Origin: Chloroflexota bacterium | GTDB taxonomy: Bacteria; Chloroflexota; Dehalococcoidia; Lucifugimonadales; Lucifugimonadaceae | Direction of reading: 5' to 3' | DNA length: 64,000 nucleotides | NCBI GenBank assembly: GCA_002730555.1 | Contig: PCAM01000037.1 | Span: forward strand, 85,630 to 149,629 | Shown: positions 29,548-39,574 of the stretch, piece by piece | How positions within the stretch are numbered: the first letter of the stretch is position 1 | How the letters are laid out: the number at the start of each line of letters is the position of its first letter | Notes under the pieces: model-generated | The model's input: the letters and a program-made list of their open reading frames with translations, nothing else | Database searches by the model: none | Told to the model about the DNA's origin: nothing | Made by a program: the position numbers and the translations under genes

Positions 29548-30819
29548 GTGACAGAAAACGCCGTCTTCAAAGCAGACCGTGTCGCCAACCCGGAGGTGAC
29601 AGCGTGGCTGTCCAACCATGCCGTCATCGTCGAGGACGGACGGATTTCTGACGTGTTACAACAAAGCGCGCTGCCGACCGGCATATCCGACACACACGAG
29701 ATACACGAACTGGGGGACGTGTCGTTAATGCCCGGGTTGATCGAGGCGCACGCGCACATGCACACGGCGGCGGGCCCAAACCCCGTCTACACCCAGCGGG
29801 CAGCGTTCAACGACTCGAAAGAGTTCTTCATAATGCGCGCCGTCGATCACCTCCGCACAGCGCTTTTGAGCGGCGTGACGACGATGCGGGACCTGGGCGG
29901 ACCGACTGACGTGGTGTTCCCGGTGCGTGACGCCGTCAGGGCGGGCGTGATCCCTGGGCCGCGCCTGCAGCTTGCGGGCGCGCCGATCACGACGACCTCA
30001 GGGCACTGCTGGTTCTTCGGCGCCGAGGCGGACACGGCTGAGGAGGTGGTCCGGGCGATCAGGGCGCAGGTCAAACTGGGCGCAGACTTGATCAAGATCA
30101 TGTCCACCGGCGGGATGTTCACCCCCCAGGCCAACCCGCGTTCCGCCCAGTACCCGGTGGAGACGCTGCGTGCGGCCGTGGTCGAAGCGGAACGGCTGAA
30201 CGTCCAGATCGTCTCCCACTGCCTTGCCGCCGACGGCGTGCGGAACTGCGTGGAAGCTGGCATTCACACGCTGATCCACGCACGCTGGCACGATTCCGAT
30301 TTCGGCAAAGGCCTCGCCTACGATCCGGACGTCGCACAGATGGCGGCGGACAAGGGGATCTGGGCGGACCCGACGACCGGCCACATCATGGTCGGCAACG
30401 TGAGAATCGCCGCCGGAGATGTCCCACCACGCGTCCCGCACTGGGCCGTTTCCGCCACCACGGTAACAGAGGAAGAGCACGACATCGTTCTGCGTGACAT
30501 GAGGGAGCGGGGCGTGAGGTTTGTGACCGGCCTAGATATGGGGATGGCCCACGGGGAGTTCGATATGTCCGCTGCGAATGCGTGGTCGTTCGTCGATCTT
30601 CTCGGTTTCACCAACTGGGAGGCACTGGCGGCGTCCACCGTGGACACGGCTGAATCGCTGCGTATCGGGTCTGAAACCGGTGCTATTCAAGCCGGACTGA
30701 GCGCAGATCTGTTGGCCGTGGCCGGGGATCCAGCGGACGATATCGAGGACCTGTTCAAGCCCACGGACGTGGTCGTTCAAGGGCGGCTGGTCAAGCGAGA
30801 CGGGCGCGCCCTTGTTTAG
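29548..30819 (+). CDS. metal-dependent amidohydrolase, paralog B
   Basis: GLIEAHAHMH. Collinear with paralog A along its full length (VFPVRDA..AGVIPGPRL, KIM.(S/T)GG, AVVEAERL). Confidence 0.8.
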   Translation: MTENAVFKADRVANPEVTAWLSNHAVIVEDGRISDVLQQSALPTGISDTHEIHELGDVSLMPGLIEAHAHMHTAAGPNPVYTQRAAFNDSKEFFIMRAVDHLRTALLSGVTTMRDLGGPTDVVFPVRDAVRAGVIPGPRLQLAGAPITTTSGHCWFFGAEADTAEEVVRAIRAQVKLGADLIKIMSTGGMFTPQANPRSAQYPVETLRAAVVEAERLNVQIVSHCLAADGVRNCVEAGIHTLIHARWHDSDFGKGLAYDPDVAQMAADKGIWADPTTGHIMVGNVRIAAGDVPPRVPHWAVSATTVTEEEHDIVLRDMRERGVRFVTGLDMGMAHGEFDMSAANAWSFVDLLGFTNWEALAASTVDTAESLRIGSETGAIQAGLSADLLAVAGDPADDIEDLFKPTDVVVQGRLVKRDGRALV

Positions 30820-30859
30820 CCGAAGCACTTCCTGAACGCGGTCCAGGCAGGGGTGCCCT

Positions 30860-31369
30860 TCAGGCGACCGGCACCGTCCCGGCGACAGATTCTTCAACGG
30901 GTTGTTCAAACGGCAAGGGGAAAGAAAACGCCGAACCCTGGCCAGCTTCGCTCTGACACCACACACGTCCGTGGTGCCTCTCTATGAGACTCTTGCTCAC
31001 GTACAAACCAAGCCCGGTGCCTCGGATGCGGAGCTTGATGGGGTCGCTGCCCCGGTAGAAGCGCTCAAACAGGCGGTTCTGGTCCTGTGCCGAAATACCG
31101 AACCCGGTGTCCGTCATGGAGACGGCGACATCTTCCGCGCGTGCCTCGCAACTTACTGTCGCGGATCCGTCATCGTGGCTCTACTTTATGGAGTTGGAGA
31201 CGAGATTGCTGATGACCTGATCAATGGCCTGCCTGTCCCCTTCAACCATCGGGAAATCGTTGCACTGCTAGTATCCAACCGCGAGCGCCAGCGACAACAT
31301 CGCCGCGGCCAGCGCTATCCGGACCGAAATCAGTGACCCCTCGAACACGGCCCCTGCGAGTCCGATCAC
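30860..31369 (-). pseudogene. decayed sensor histidine kinase (HATPase_c remnant with two in-frame TAG codons and no HisKA domain)
   Basis: One frame reads ...VIGLAGAVFEGSLISVRIALAAAMLSLALAVGY*QCNDFPMVEGDRQAIDQVISNLVSNSIK*SHDDGSATVSCEARAEDVAVSMTDTGFGISAQDQNRLFERFYRG...GTGLGL.... TAG codons are at 31268-31270 and 31181-31183. The second replaces the Tyr expected in the N-box (NxxxNAxKY). There is no H-box between the TM-like helix and the N-box. Confidence 0.7.
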
Positions 31370-31618
31370 CCGTTCCAGGCTGGATCCACCAAATTGCTCG
31401 GGCGCGGGCGGACGAGATGATGTGGCGCCTAACGATATGGGCGCCCGAGTGTAGGATCTTGAATTACGGCCATAATTAAGCCGTCCCGGCTGCGCTCGTA
31501 ACGGTCGCTGTTAACATCGAGCCGACGAGGAGTGTTCCACAACGGCAAGCGTAACCCGGTACTGGACGAACGCCTGCAAGCCAATGTTCCGTGCTTCTCC
31601 GGGCCGTGTTCTCACGAC

Positions 31619-32293
31619 CTAAGCAATGTCCGCCCGGAATCGATAGCCGACGTTCCAGACCGTCTCGATAAAGCGATGTTCCACGTCATTGATCTTGCTG
31701 CGTAATCGCCGAACGTGAACATCTACGGTCCGGGTGCCTCCGTAGTAGTCGTATGCCCAGACGGTCTGCAACAGCGCCTCCCGTGAGTAAACGTGTCCCG
31801 GGTTGGACGCCAAGACGCGGAGCAACTCGTACTCCTTGAACGTGAGGTCCACCTTGTGGCCGGAAACGGTGACCTCATAACGCTCCAGGTCTATCCGGAT
31901 TTCGCCCTGCTGCACAACCACTCCGAGGTCGTCGCCCCCGGAACGCTCCGCCAAGAGGTTGATCCTGAACGCGAGCTCTTCCGGGCGGATCGGCGGAAAG
32001 CAAATATCGATCTGCCCATTAGACGTTTGAGATAGATTCAGGTCACGTGTCACAAAGCCGGGCATGAGGATTAAGACCGGTAAAGAAAGCTCGACCGCCG
32101 CGTCGATGCGTTCAGGCAGTTCCGCATCCGCCGCGCCCGAAAGAACCGCCACGGATCGACGCACGTCAATACCGTCCGGGATCCGCACCTCTGGTAGACG
32201 GATCGGCGTGAGATCAAGTCCCAACATCCTCAACCCGGCTTCCAGCGGAGCCGCGTCGGCGTCCTGAATTCCGATGAGTAACACGGTGGTCAT
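31619..32293 (-). CDS. OmpR/PhoB-family winged-helix transcriptional regulator with degenerate receiver domain
   Basis: The C-terminal LTFKEYELLRVLASNPGHVYSREALLQTVW...TRTVDVHVRRLRSKI...VWNVGYRF is canonical. The N-terminal REC-like domain lacks a recognisable phospho-acceptor Asp and the conserved Thr and Lys. Confidence 0.8.
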   Translation of the reverse strand: MTTVLLIGIQDADAAPLEAGLRMLGLDLTPIRLPEVRIPDGIDVRRSVAVLSGAADAELPERIDAAVELSLPVLILMPGFVTRDLNLSQTSNGQIDICFPPIRPEELAFRINLLAERSGGDDLGVVVQQGEIRIDLERYEVTVSGHKVDLTFKEYELLRVLASNPGHVYSREALLQTVWAYDYYGGTRTVDVHVRRLRSKINDVEHRFIETVWNVGYRFRADIA

Positions 32294-32532
32294 CTCGTCA
32301 GCATCCCGTCACATGCCAGCCATCAGGGCGGGACGCGCCGGGCGATTCAACTTCCGGCACATGTTGTTTTTCGGCACGAGAGTGGATCATGGAAAGTGGG
32401 CGACGCAGGCCTGTGCTGTGGAGGAGGGGGTTACGTGAAACGACGCACAATGTTATTACGCCCGGCGGGTCAAGATGGAAACGATCCCGGCGACGAAAAC
32501 ACTCTCCGATCGCGATATGACCTCAATTTCCG

Positions 32533-32562
32533 TTGACGTAGACCGTCCAAGATTCTTATACT
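32533..32562 (+). promoter_or_regulatory. candidate sigma70-type promoter of the str/ribosomal operon
   Basis: TTGACG (32533-32538), 18 nt spacer, TATACT (32557-32562), about 110 nt upstream of rpsL. Pattern match only. Confidence 0.35.
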
Positions 32563-32675
32563 TCTCGTTTGTCGTTTGTTACGAATGGATGGTGGCGACG
32601 GGGATATTCCTTTCGCCATCCTATCTGAACGCCTGAACAAACATGGCGACGGTAACCAATTTCCAGGGCGGGGTA

Positions 32676-33092
32676 ATGCCGACAGCGAACCAGTTGATGC
32701 GTAAGCCGCGTAAGCGGACGCGTTCAAAGTCCAAGACGCCAGCCCTCGGTTTCGTCTACAACTCGTTGAAAGACCGAATGCGACGGGGTAATGGAAGCCC
32801 GCAGAAACGTGGCGTCTGCCTACAGGTGAAGACCGTTACACCGAAGAAACCGAACTCGGCTCTTCGCAAGGTGGCGCGCGTCAGGCTGACCAACGGCATC
32901 GAGGTCACGGCGTACATCGGCGGCGAGGGACACAACCTCCAGGAACACTCGGTCGTCCTTATAAGAGGCGGACGTGTGAAAGACCTGCCTGGAGTTCGAT
33001 ATCACGTAGTACGTGGCGCCCTTGACACCTCGGGTGTCGACGACCGTCGCCGTGGCCGTAGCAAGTACGGAGCGGTGAAGCCACAGAGATAA
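32676..33092 (+). CDS. rpsL: 30S ribosomal protein S12
   Basis: [13 protein letters not shown]...[10 protein letters not shown]. The start was trimmed to the conserved MPT at 32676. Confidence 0.95.
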   Translation: MPTANQLMRKPRKRTRSKSKTPALGFVYNSLKDRMRRGNGSPQKRGVCLQVKTVTPKKPNSALRKVARVRLTNGIEVTAYIGGEGHNLQEHSVVLIRGGRVKDLPGVRYHVVRGALDTSGVDDRRRGRSKYGAVKPQR

Positions 33093-33119
33093 TTCACGGG
33101 TCGAGAATCGACCCAACTA

Positions 33120-33186
33120 CCCCGACATTAATGAGTCAGATGGTCCGGACCGGGCGCAGGACTCAGGCCAGGTCGGGGTTTTTCTT
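33120..33186 (+). promoter_or_regulatory. terminator-like structured element in the rpsL-rpsG spacer
   Basis: CCCCGAC (33120-26) pairs with GTCGGGG (33172-78). TGAGTC (33132-37) pairs with GACTCA (33160-65). TTTTTCTT follows at 33179-86. A separate 7-bp hairpin lies at 33098-33114. Confidence 0.4.
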
Positions 33187-33278
33187 GGAAAGGAAAGAAC
33201 GCTTCCGGAACGAGGTTGACCGCTCAGAGTTGGCTACGGCGATAACTGGGCCAGAGACCGGCCGGAGGATGAAAAAAG

Positions 33279-33749
33279 ATGGCAAGGCGAAGACGCGCAG
33301 AGCGAAGAATCATTGACCCGGATCCGCGTTTTGGGAACGTGGAACTGGCGCGTTTTACAAACCGCCTGATGAAGGGCGGCAAAAAGACGGTCGCGCAACG
33401 CGCTGTCTACAGCGCCCTTGGCATGCTTGAAAGTGAAACCAACCGGCCCGGACTCGAGGTTTTTGAGCAGGCGATCCGTAACGCAACGCCGATGCTTGAA
33501 GTAAAGCCCCGCCGTGTCGGTGGCGCCACGTACCAGGTGCCTACCGAGGTCCGGCCGGAACGCCGAGTCTCTCTGGCGATGAGGTGGCTCATCACGGCGG
33601 CGAGGGCCCGCCAGGGGGCGCCGATATCGCGGCGCCTCTACAACGAACTGCTCGACGCATCACGAGGACAGGGCGCCGCTGTGCGCCGGCGTGAAGAGCT
33701 TCACCGAATGGCCGAGGCCAACAGGGCTTTCGTCCACTACCGCTGGTGA
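33279..33749 (+). CDS. rpsG: 30S ribosomal protein S7
   Basis: [10 protein letters not shown]..., [10 protein letters not shown] and VHYRW C-terminus. Confidence 0.95.
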   Translation: MARRRRAERRIIDPDPRFGNVELARFTNRLMKGGKKTVAQRAVYSALGMLESETNRPGLEVFEQAIRNATPMLEVKPRRVGGATYQVPTEVRPERRVSLAMRWLITAARARQGAPISRRLYNELLDASRGQGAAVRRREELHRMAEANRAFVHYRW

Positions 33750-33822
33750 TTTCACCAGCTGCAACTCCGGGGGGTCGTCGACTCCACCGGCCACAACGCC
33801 GGAGAGGTCGGACTTAACGCGA

Positions 33823-35919
33823 ATGGCTACAACCGTGGCTTCAAAAGCTTCTTCGAAAATAGATCTCAAGAAGATCCGCAACATCGGATTTATCGCCCAC
33901 ATCGACGCCGGCAAGACGACGGTGAGTGAACGCGTCCTGTTCTTTACAGGGATGACTCACAAGATCGGCAACATCGATGATGGCACCACTGTGATGGACT
34001 TTATGGATCTCGAGCGCGAGCGCGGGATCACCATCGCTTCGGCGGCAACCGCCACTCAGTGGAAAGATCATCAGATCAACATCATCGACACGCCCGGTCA
34101 CGTCGACTTCACGGCGGAAGTTGAACGTAGCCTGCGCGTGCTGGACGGCGGGGTGGTGATTATCGACGCCGTTGCCGGTGTCCAGCCACAGTCAGAGACC
34201 GTGTGGCGACAGGCTGAACGCTACTCCGTGCCGCGCATGGTTTTCGTGAACAAGATGGACCGCGCCGGGGCCGATTTCGTGAAGGCTGTTGAGTCGCTCT
34301 TACGCAGACTCGGCGCCAATGCCGTCCCGATCCAGCTTCCGATCGGCGCTGAGGCTGACTTCAGCGGCATGATCGATCTCATCGAGATGAAGGCCTGGAT
34401 TTACGAATCCGCCGACGCCGTTGAGGCGGTTGAAGCTCCCATCCCGGCCAACATGGCGGATGAAGTAGCTGCGTATCGCGCCAACCTCTTAGAGAAGGTG
34501 GCGGAAACGGACGACGAGCTGCTCATGTCCTACCTGGGCGACGAGGAGATCCCAAATGATGATCTGATCATCGCTTTGCGCAAGGCCACCATCGACCTCA
34601 AGGTCACGCCGGTGATGTGCGGCACCGCCCTCAAGCACCGTGGTATTCAGCCTTTGCTGGACGCCATCGTTGACTACTTGCCCTCTCCGCTCGACGTCCC
34701 TGCGATAGAAGGCGTGGACCCGGTCGACGGAACTGAGTTGCTCCGGCACGCGTCGGTCGATGAGCCGGTTAGCGTACTGATATTCAAGGTCGTATCCGAC
34801 CAGCACGTTGGCCGTTTGATCTACATCCGCGTCTACTCCGGCGTACTTGAGACCGGGGCCACCCTCTTTAACCCGCGCACCCGGAACCGGGAACGAATCG
34901 GCCGGCTTTTGCGGATGCATGCGGACCGCCGTGAGGAGATCACGTCGGCGGGACCGGGCGAGATCGTCACGGTCATCGGGCTGAAGGACGCACGCACCGG
35001 CGACACGCTTGCTGCCAACAACGACCGGATCGTCCTGGAGACGATCGAGTTCCCGGAACCCGTCCTGTCTGTGGCCGTCGAGCCCAAGACTCGATCGGAC
35101 CAGGACAAGATGGACGTCGCGCTGAACAGGCTCGCCGACGAGGACCCGACACTCAGGCTCAGCACAGACGAAGAGACCGCACAGGTCGTCCTCGCTGGAA
35201 TGGGCGAGTTGCACCTAGACGTGATCGTGGAGCGCATGCGCCGCGAGTTCGGGCTCGACGTAAACGTCGGCAGCCCGCGGGTCGCGTACCGTGAGACGGT
35301 CACCCGAATATCTGAAGCACAGGGACGGCTCGTCCGGCAGACTGGTGGCCACGGCCAGTTCGGTGACTGTACGCTCCGTCTGGAGCCGCTCGGCATCGGT
35401 GAAGGCGTTGTATTTGAGTCCGAAATCACGGGCTCTACCCTCCCGAGGGAGTACTACCGGCCTATCGAACAAGGCGCCCGTGAAGCGGCGGCCAACGGCG
35501 TTCTTGCCGGCTACCCGGTAACGGACGTGAAGATCGTTCTTACGGACGGTTCTTACCACGAGGTTGACTCGTCAGAAATGGCGTTCAACGTCGCCGGTTC
35601 CATGGCGTTCAAAGCGGCGGCGCAGCGAGCTCGTGTGGCGATACTTGAGCCGATCATGACGCTGGAAGTGATCACGCCGGCCGAGTTCCTCGGTGACGTT
35701 CTCGCAGACCTGAACTCACGACGCGCCCAGATACAGAACATGGAAGGGCAAAACGAGACGCAGATCGTCAACGCTTTTGTCCCCCTCGCGGAGACGTTCC
35801 GCTACGCAACCGACCTGCGTTCCCGCACGACGGGCCGCGCATCGTTTGTAATGTCACTCGACCACTACGACAAAGCCCCGCGACACATCGCAGATGACAT
35901 CGCAGGCGGGGGCAAATAA
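33823..35919 (+). CDS. fusA: elongation factor G
   Basis: [29 protein letters not shown]. The start was trimmed to ATG 33823, with GGAGAGG upstream. Confidence 0.95.
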   Translation: MATTVASKASSKIDLKKIRNIGFIAHIDAGKTTVSERVLFFTGMTHKIGNIDDGTTVMDFMDLERERGITIASAATATQWKDHQINIIDTPGHVDFTAEVERSLRVLDGGVVIIDAVAGVQPQSETVWRQAERYSVPRMVFVNKMDRAGADFVKAVESLLRRLGANAVPIQLPIGAEADFSGMIDLIEMKAWIYESADAVEAVEAPIPANMADEVAAYRANLLEKVAETDDELLMSYLGDEEIPNDDLIIALRKATIDLKVTPVMCGTALKHRGIQPLLDAIVDYLPSPLDVPAIEGVDPVDGTELLRHASVDEPVSVLIFKVVSDQHVGRLIYIRVYSGVLETGATLFNPRTRNRERIGRLLRMHADRREEITSAGPGEIVTVIGLKDARTGDTLAANNDRIVLETIEFPEPVLSVAVEPKTRSDQDKMDVALNRLADEDPTLRLSTDEETAQVVLAGMGELHLDVIVERMRREFGLDVNVGSPRVAYRETVTRISEAQGRLVRQTGGHGQFGDCTLRLEPLGIGEGVVFESEITGSTLPREYYRPIEQGAREAAANGVLAGYPVTDVKIVLTDGSYHEVDSSEMAFNVAGSMAFKAAAQRARVAILEPIMTLEVITPAEFLGDVLADLNSRRAQIQNMEGQNETQIVNAFVPLAETFRYATDLRSRTTGRASFVMSLDHYDKAPRHIADDIAGGGK

Positions 35920-35983
35920 CCAACTGAGGACCCTTACCAGCCGGTGAGGGTCCGTTCACGTTGAGACGTGGACGGAAGGAAAC

Positions 35984-36292
35984 ATGGCCGGACAAAAAAT
36001 AAGAATCGTGTTGAAGGCATTCGATCATCGAGTGCTTGATGTATCCGCGATTCAGATCGTTGAGACGGCGGAACGAACAGGCGCCAACATCTCCGGCCCG
36101 GTGCCGCTTCCGACATCGATCCGGCGCTTCTGCGTCATCAGGTCGCCGCACATCGACAAGCGCTCGCGTGAGCACTTTGAGTTGCGCACGCACAAGCGGC
36201 TCATCGATGTACACGAGCCCACTTCGAAGACGATCGACGCCATGACCCGGCTCAACCTGCCGGCCGGTGTCGACATCTCGATAAAACTGTAA
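35984..36292 (+). CDS. rpsJ: 30S ribosomal protein S10
   Basis: [15 protein letters not shown]...GPVPLPT. Confidence 0.95.
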   Translation: MAGQKIRIVLKAFDHRVLDVSAIQIVETAERTGANISGPVPLPTSIRRFCVIRSPHIDKRSREHFELRTHKRLIDVHEPTSKTIDAMTRLNLPAGVDISIKL

Positions 36293-36347
36293 TCAACGTC
36301 CCAGATCGAACACTTAGAACGAACCCGAGGATAGAGCAGAGATAACA

Positions 36348-36977
36348 ATGGGTATCCAGGGCCTGTTAGGCCGCAAGGTCGGAATGACCACGCTTTACAA
36401 CGAGGACGGGACCGTCGACGCCGTAACGGCGATCGAGACGGGGCCGTGTGTTGTGACGCAGGTTCGCACCGATACGCTTGACGGCTACGAGGCTATTCAG
36501 CTCGGTTTCCAAGACGCCAAGCGTCTGAATAAACCGGCTGCGGGCCACCAGCAACGCTCCGGCGGCAGGTTCCGCCACCTGCAGGAGTTCAAGGCGTCCG
36601 ACCTGAGTGAATTTGAGGTCGGCCAGTCGCTTGACGCTGCGGTATTTGAGGTCGGCGAGACGGTCAGCGTTTCAGGCAAGACGCGCGGACGTGGTTTCGC
36701 TGGCGGCGTTCGCCGACACGGATTCCACGGAGGCCCGAAGACGCACGGGCAATCAGACCGGCATCGGGCTCCTGGTTCCATCGGCGCCGGCAGCTCACCG
36801 GGCCGAGTCTGGAAGGGCACGCGCATGGCGGGCCACATGGGCAACAACAAAGTGACCACCCGCGGTCTCAGGGTCGTGAAGGTCGACGCCGAGCGCAACA
36901 TCGTGTTGGTGCGCGGCAGCGTGCCCGGCGCACGCAACTCCCTCGTCCGAATCGAACGGACAAACGGCAACTACTAG
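36348..36977 (+). CDS. rplC: 50S ribosomal protein L3
   Basis: GLLGRKVGMTTLY...VSGKTRGRGFAG. Confidence 0.95.
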   Translation: MGIQGLLGRKVGMTTLYNEDGTVDAVTAIETGPCVVTQVRTDTLDGYEAIQLGFQDAKRLNKPAAGHQQRSGGRFRHLQEFKASDLSEFEVGQSLDAAVFEVGETVSVSGKTRGRGFAGGVRRHGFHGGPKTHGQSDRHRAPGSIGAGSSPGRVWKGTRMAGHMGNNKVTTRGLRVVKVDAERNIVLVRGSVPGARNSLVRIERTNGNY

Positions 36978-37014
36978 GCCGCCGAGAAATAGCGGCTCCA
37001 AGATTTGGTTCATC

Positions 37015-37695
37015 GTGGAACTTGAAACGAAAAATATGTCAGGGGATGCCGTCGCTACCGTCGAGGTAAGCGATTACGTCTTCGCGGAGCCTATGAACGG
37101 CCCCTTGCTGCACCAGGCGGTGGTAGCCCAGCAGGCAAACCGTCGCCAGGGCACCCACAGCGTCCGCACCCGCGGACAGGTGGTGCACTCCAACCGCAAG
37201 CTGCGGGCTCAGAAGGGTTCCGGACGGGCCCGTCTTGGCGACTCCGGAAACCCCGGACTCCGGGGCGGGGGAGTCGCACACGGCCCGCACCCGCGGGACC
37301 ACTCGAAACGCCTTCCGGTGCGGATGCGACGGCGCGCGCTCCGGGTGGCGCTCTCCGATAAGGTCCGAAACGGGTACATCACCGTTATCGATGATCTCTC
37401 GGTCGGCGAGCCCAACACCAAAGCGATCCTTGAGATGTTGAGCGCCCTAGAGATCAAGGGATCCACCTTGATCATTACCACTGCGCCGACGGGTGATCTT
37501 CGCAAATCCGTGCGGAACATCCCGAACACAGACACGTTGGCTTCACGGCTTCTCAGTCCGCTGGCGGCGACGCGTGCCCGCAACATCATCATCTCCCGGC
37601 ACGCCGTCGAGAACATCGACGAGCTCTGGGGTCACGTGACGGTGAAGCCGGGGCGAGCAGGCCGCAATGCAGAGGAAGCGGGTAGCCCGGCATGA
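37015..37695 (+). CDS. rplD: 50S ribosomal protein L4
   Basis: LLHQAVVAQQANRRQGTHSVRTRG...GSGRAR. The start could also be ATG 37036. Confidence 0.9.
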   Translation: MELETKNMSGDAVATVEVSDYVFAEPMNGPLLHQAVVAQQANRRQGTHSVRTRGQVVHSNRKLRAQKGSGRARLGDSGNPGLRGGGVAHGPHPRDHSKRLPVRMRRRALRVALSDKVRNGYITVIDDLSVGEPNTKAILEMLSALEIKGSTLIITTAPTGDLRKSVRNIPNTDTLASRLLSPLAATRARNIIISRHAVENIDELWGHVTVKPGRAGRNAEEAGSPA

Positions 37696-37976
37696 GTCTC
37701 TTTGACGTACTGGTCAGGCCCATCGTGACGGAACAGAGCACGCTGCTGCAGGAACGCGGCAAGTATGTGTTTGAGGTCCAGAAAAGCGCCAACAAGGCTG
37801 ACGTCAAGGCAGCGGTCGAAAAGGTGTTTGAGGTCACGGTGCTTGACGTCAACACGATGGTCATCAAGGGCAAGAGCAAACGCTTCGGCCCGCGGCCAGT
37901 TACCAGGTCCAACTGGAAGAAAGCGGTCGTCACGCTGCAGGCGGGCGACACAATCCAACTATTCGAGGGCGCCTAG
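37692..37976 (+). CDS. rplW: 50S ribosomal protein L23
   Basis: VLVRPIVTEQS...KAVVTL. 4-nt overlap with rplD. Confidence 0.93.
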   Translation: MSLFDVLVRPIVTEQSTLLQERGKYVFEVQKSANKADVKAAVEKVFEVTVLDVNTMVIKGKSKRFGPRPVTRSNWKKAVVTLQAGDTIQLFEGA

Positions 37977-38807
37977 ATGCCGGTTCGACGACTAAAACCG
38001 ACCTCCCCCGGTCGCAGAAATACCGTCCTCTCTGACTTCTCCGACATCACGCGGAAGAAGCCGGAGCGCGCGCTCCTCGCGCCTCTCGGCAAAAAGGGCG
38101 GACGCAACAACACGGGACGCATCACGGTCCGTCATCGCGGTGGCGGCCACAAGCGTCGCTACCGGATCATCGACTTTGCGCGCATGCGCCGTGACGTAAA
38201 CGCCACTGTTCTTTCTATCGAGTACGACCCCAACCGCTCGGCGCGGATCGCACTGATCCAGTACCACGACGGCCCGAAGGTTTACATCATCGCCCCGGAC
38301 GGCATCGGAGTCGGCTCGACGCTCGTCGCTGGCGACGAGGCGGCCGTGATACCGGGCAACGCCCGCAGGCTCGGCACCCTGCCGACGGGTACGTACGTCC
38401 ACAACATTGAGATCCAGCCCGGCAAAGGCGGTAAAATGGTCCGCTCCGCCGGGACGGTCGCACAGGTGATGGCGCACGAGGACCGGTACACACAGATCCG
38501 TCTGCCGTCCGGCGAGGTCCGCCGGCTGCTCTCCAATTGCATGGCCACCATAGGCCAGGTGGGCAACCTGGACCACAAGAACCAGAAGCTTGGCAAGGCC
38601 GGGCGTAAGCGTCATCGCGGCTTCCGGCCTACGGTCCGGGGGGCGGCGATGAACCCGAGCGATCACCCGCACGGCGGTGGTGAGGGACGGGTCGGTATCG
38701 GTCTGAAGCACCCGAAGACCCCGTGGGGCAAACCGGCGCTTGGTCCCCGCACCCGCAAGAACAGGGCGGGAGATAGGTTCATCGTCCGCAGGCGATATCA
38801 GAAATAA
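37977..38807 (+). CDS. rplB: 50S ribosomal protein L2
   Basis: [27 protein letters not shown]. Confidence 0.95.
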   Translation: MPVRRLKPTSPGRRNTVLSDFSDITRKKPERALLAPLGKKGGRNNTGRITVRHRGGGHKRRYRIIDFARMRRDVNATVLSIEYDPNRSARIALIQYHDGPKVYIIAPDGIGVGSTLVAGDEAAVIPGNARRLGTLPTGTYVHNIEIQPGKGGKMVRSAGTVAQVMAHEDRYTQIRLPSGEVRRLLSNCMATIGQVGNLDHKNQKLGKAGRKRHRGFRPTVRGAAMNPSDHPHGGGEGRVGIGLKHPKTPWGKPALGPRTRKNRAGDRFIVRRRYQK

Positions 38808-38866
38808 CTGCTAACAACCGGTTAACAAACCACCTGTAAACAAATACCAAGGCAACCAGGGATTAC

Positions 38867-39151
38867 ATGTCACGCTCCATTAAAAAAGGTCCTTTCATTG
38901 AAGAGAAGTTGATGACACGCGTGCGGCGCGCTCAGCGCAACTCGTCACGCAACGTCATCCGGACCTGGTCACGGGCCTCGATGATCATGCCTGAGATGGT
39001 TGGGCTGACGATCGGCGTCCACGATGGACGACGGCACATCCCTGTTCTGATTAGCGAGAACATGGTGGGTCACCGTCTTGGCGAATTTGCGCCGACGCGG
39101 ACCTTCCGCGGGCACGCCGGACGGTCGGACAGGACGACCTCTATCCGGTAG
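38867..39151 (+). CDS. rpsS: 30S ribosomal protein S19
   Basis: [10 protein letters not shown]...[16 protein letters not shown]. Confidence 0.95.
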   Translation: MSRSIKKGPFIEEKLMTRVRRAQRNSSRNVIRTWSRASMIMPEMVGLTIGVHDGRRHIPVLISENMVGHRLGEFAPTRTFRGHAGRSDRTTSIR

Positions 39152-39231
39152 CCGGGAAGCTCACTTCCTTGAATCAATGAACCCCTAGACGACGGGGTTT
39201 ACGGAAATCTAGAAGCAGATAGATCGAGACG

Positions 39232-39573
39232 ATGGCAGTCAGGGCATACAACAAAAGCGTCGGGATCTCGGCCTTCAAATTACGGAAGGTCGCTGACCTA
39301 GTACGTGGCCGGCCGGTAAATGAGGCGCTCGACACGCTTCGTTTCATGATCAGCCCGTCCGCGACGGTGATGTCGAAGACGATCACGTCTGCGGCCGCCA
39401 ACGCCGAAAACAACGAATTGATGGATCGCGGTGCGCTGCGAATCGTCACTGTAACGGTAGACCAGGGCACGACCCTTCGGCGATTTCGCCCGAAGGCTCG
39501 CGGCCGTGTTGGAGCCTTCAACCGGCCAAGCAGCCATCTGACTGTGGAAGTCGATGAGGAAGTAGGAAACTAG
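39232..39573 (+). CDS. rplV: 50S ribosomal protein L22
   Basis: SAFKLRKVADLVRGRPVNEAL...RFRPKARGRV. Confidence 0.93.
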   Translation: MAVRAYNKSVGISAFKLRKVADLVRGRPVNEALDTLRFMISPSATVMSKTITSAAANAENNELMDRGALRIVTVTVDQGTTLRRFRPKARGRVGAFNRPSSHLTVEVDEEVGN

Positions 39574-39574
39574 G

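Noticed and set aside
30902-31336. 144-aa plus-strand ORF between the amidohydrolase and the response regulator.
   Set aside because: It is antisense to clear HATPase_c motifs (N-box, G1, G2) on the minus strand, and its own translation has no family features.
32390-32520. Small Arg-rich ORF (about 43 aa, MESGRRRPVLWRRG...) upstream of the rpsL promoter.
   Set aside because: The composition looks non-coding, there is no RBS, and it is too short to evaluate.
33131-33316. 61-aa ORF in the rpsL-rpsG spacer.
   Set aside because: It is Arg-rich, has no RBS, runs into rpsG in another frame, and coincides with the hairpin region. The region is better explained as structured RNA.
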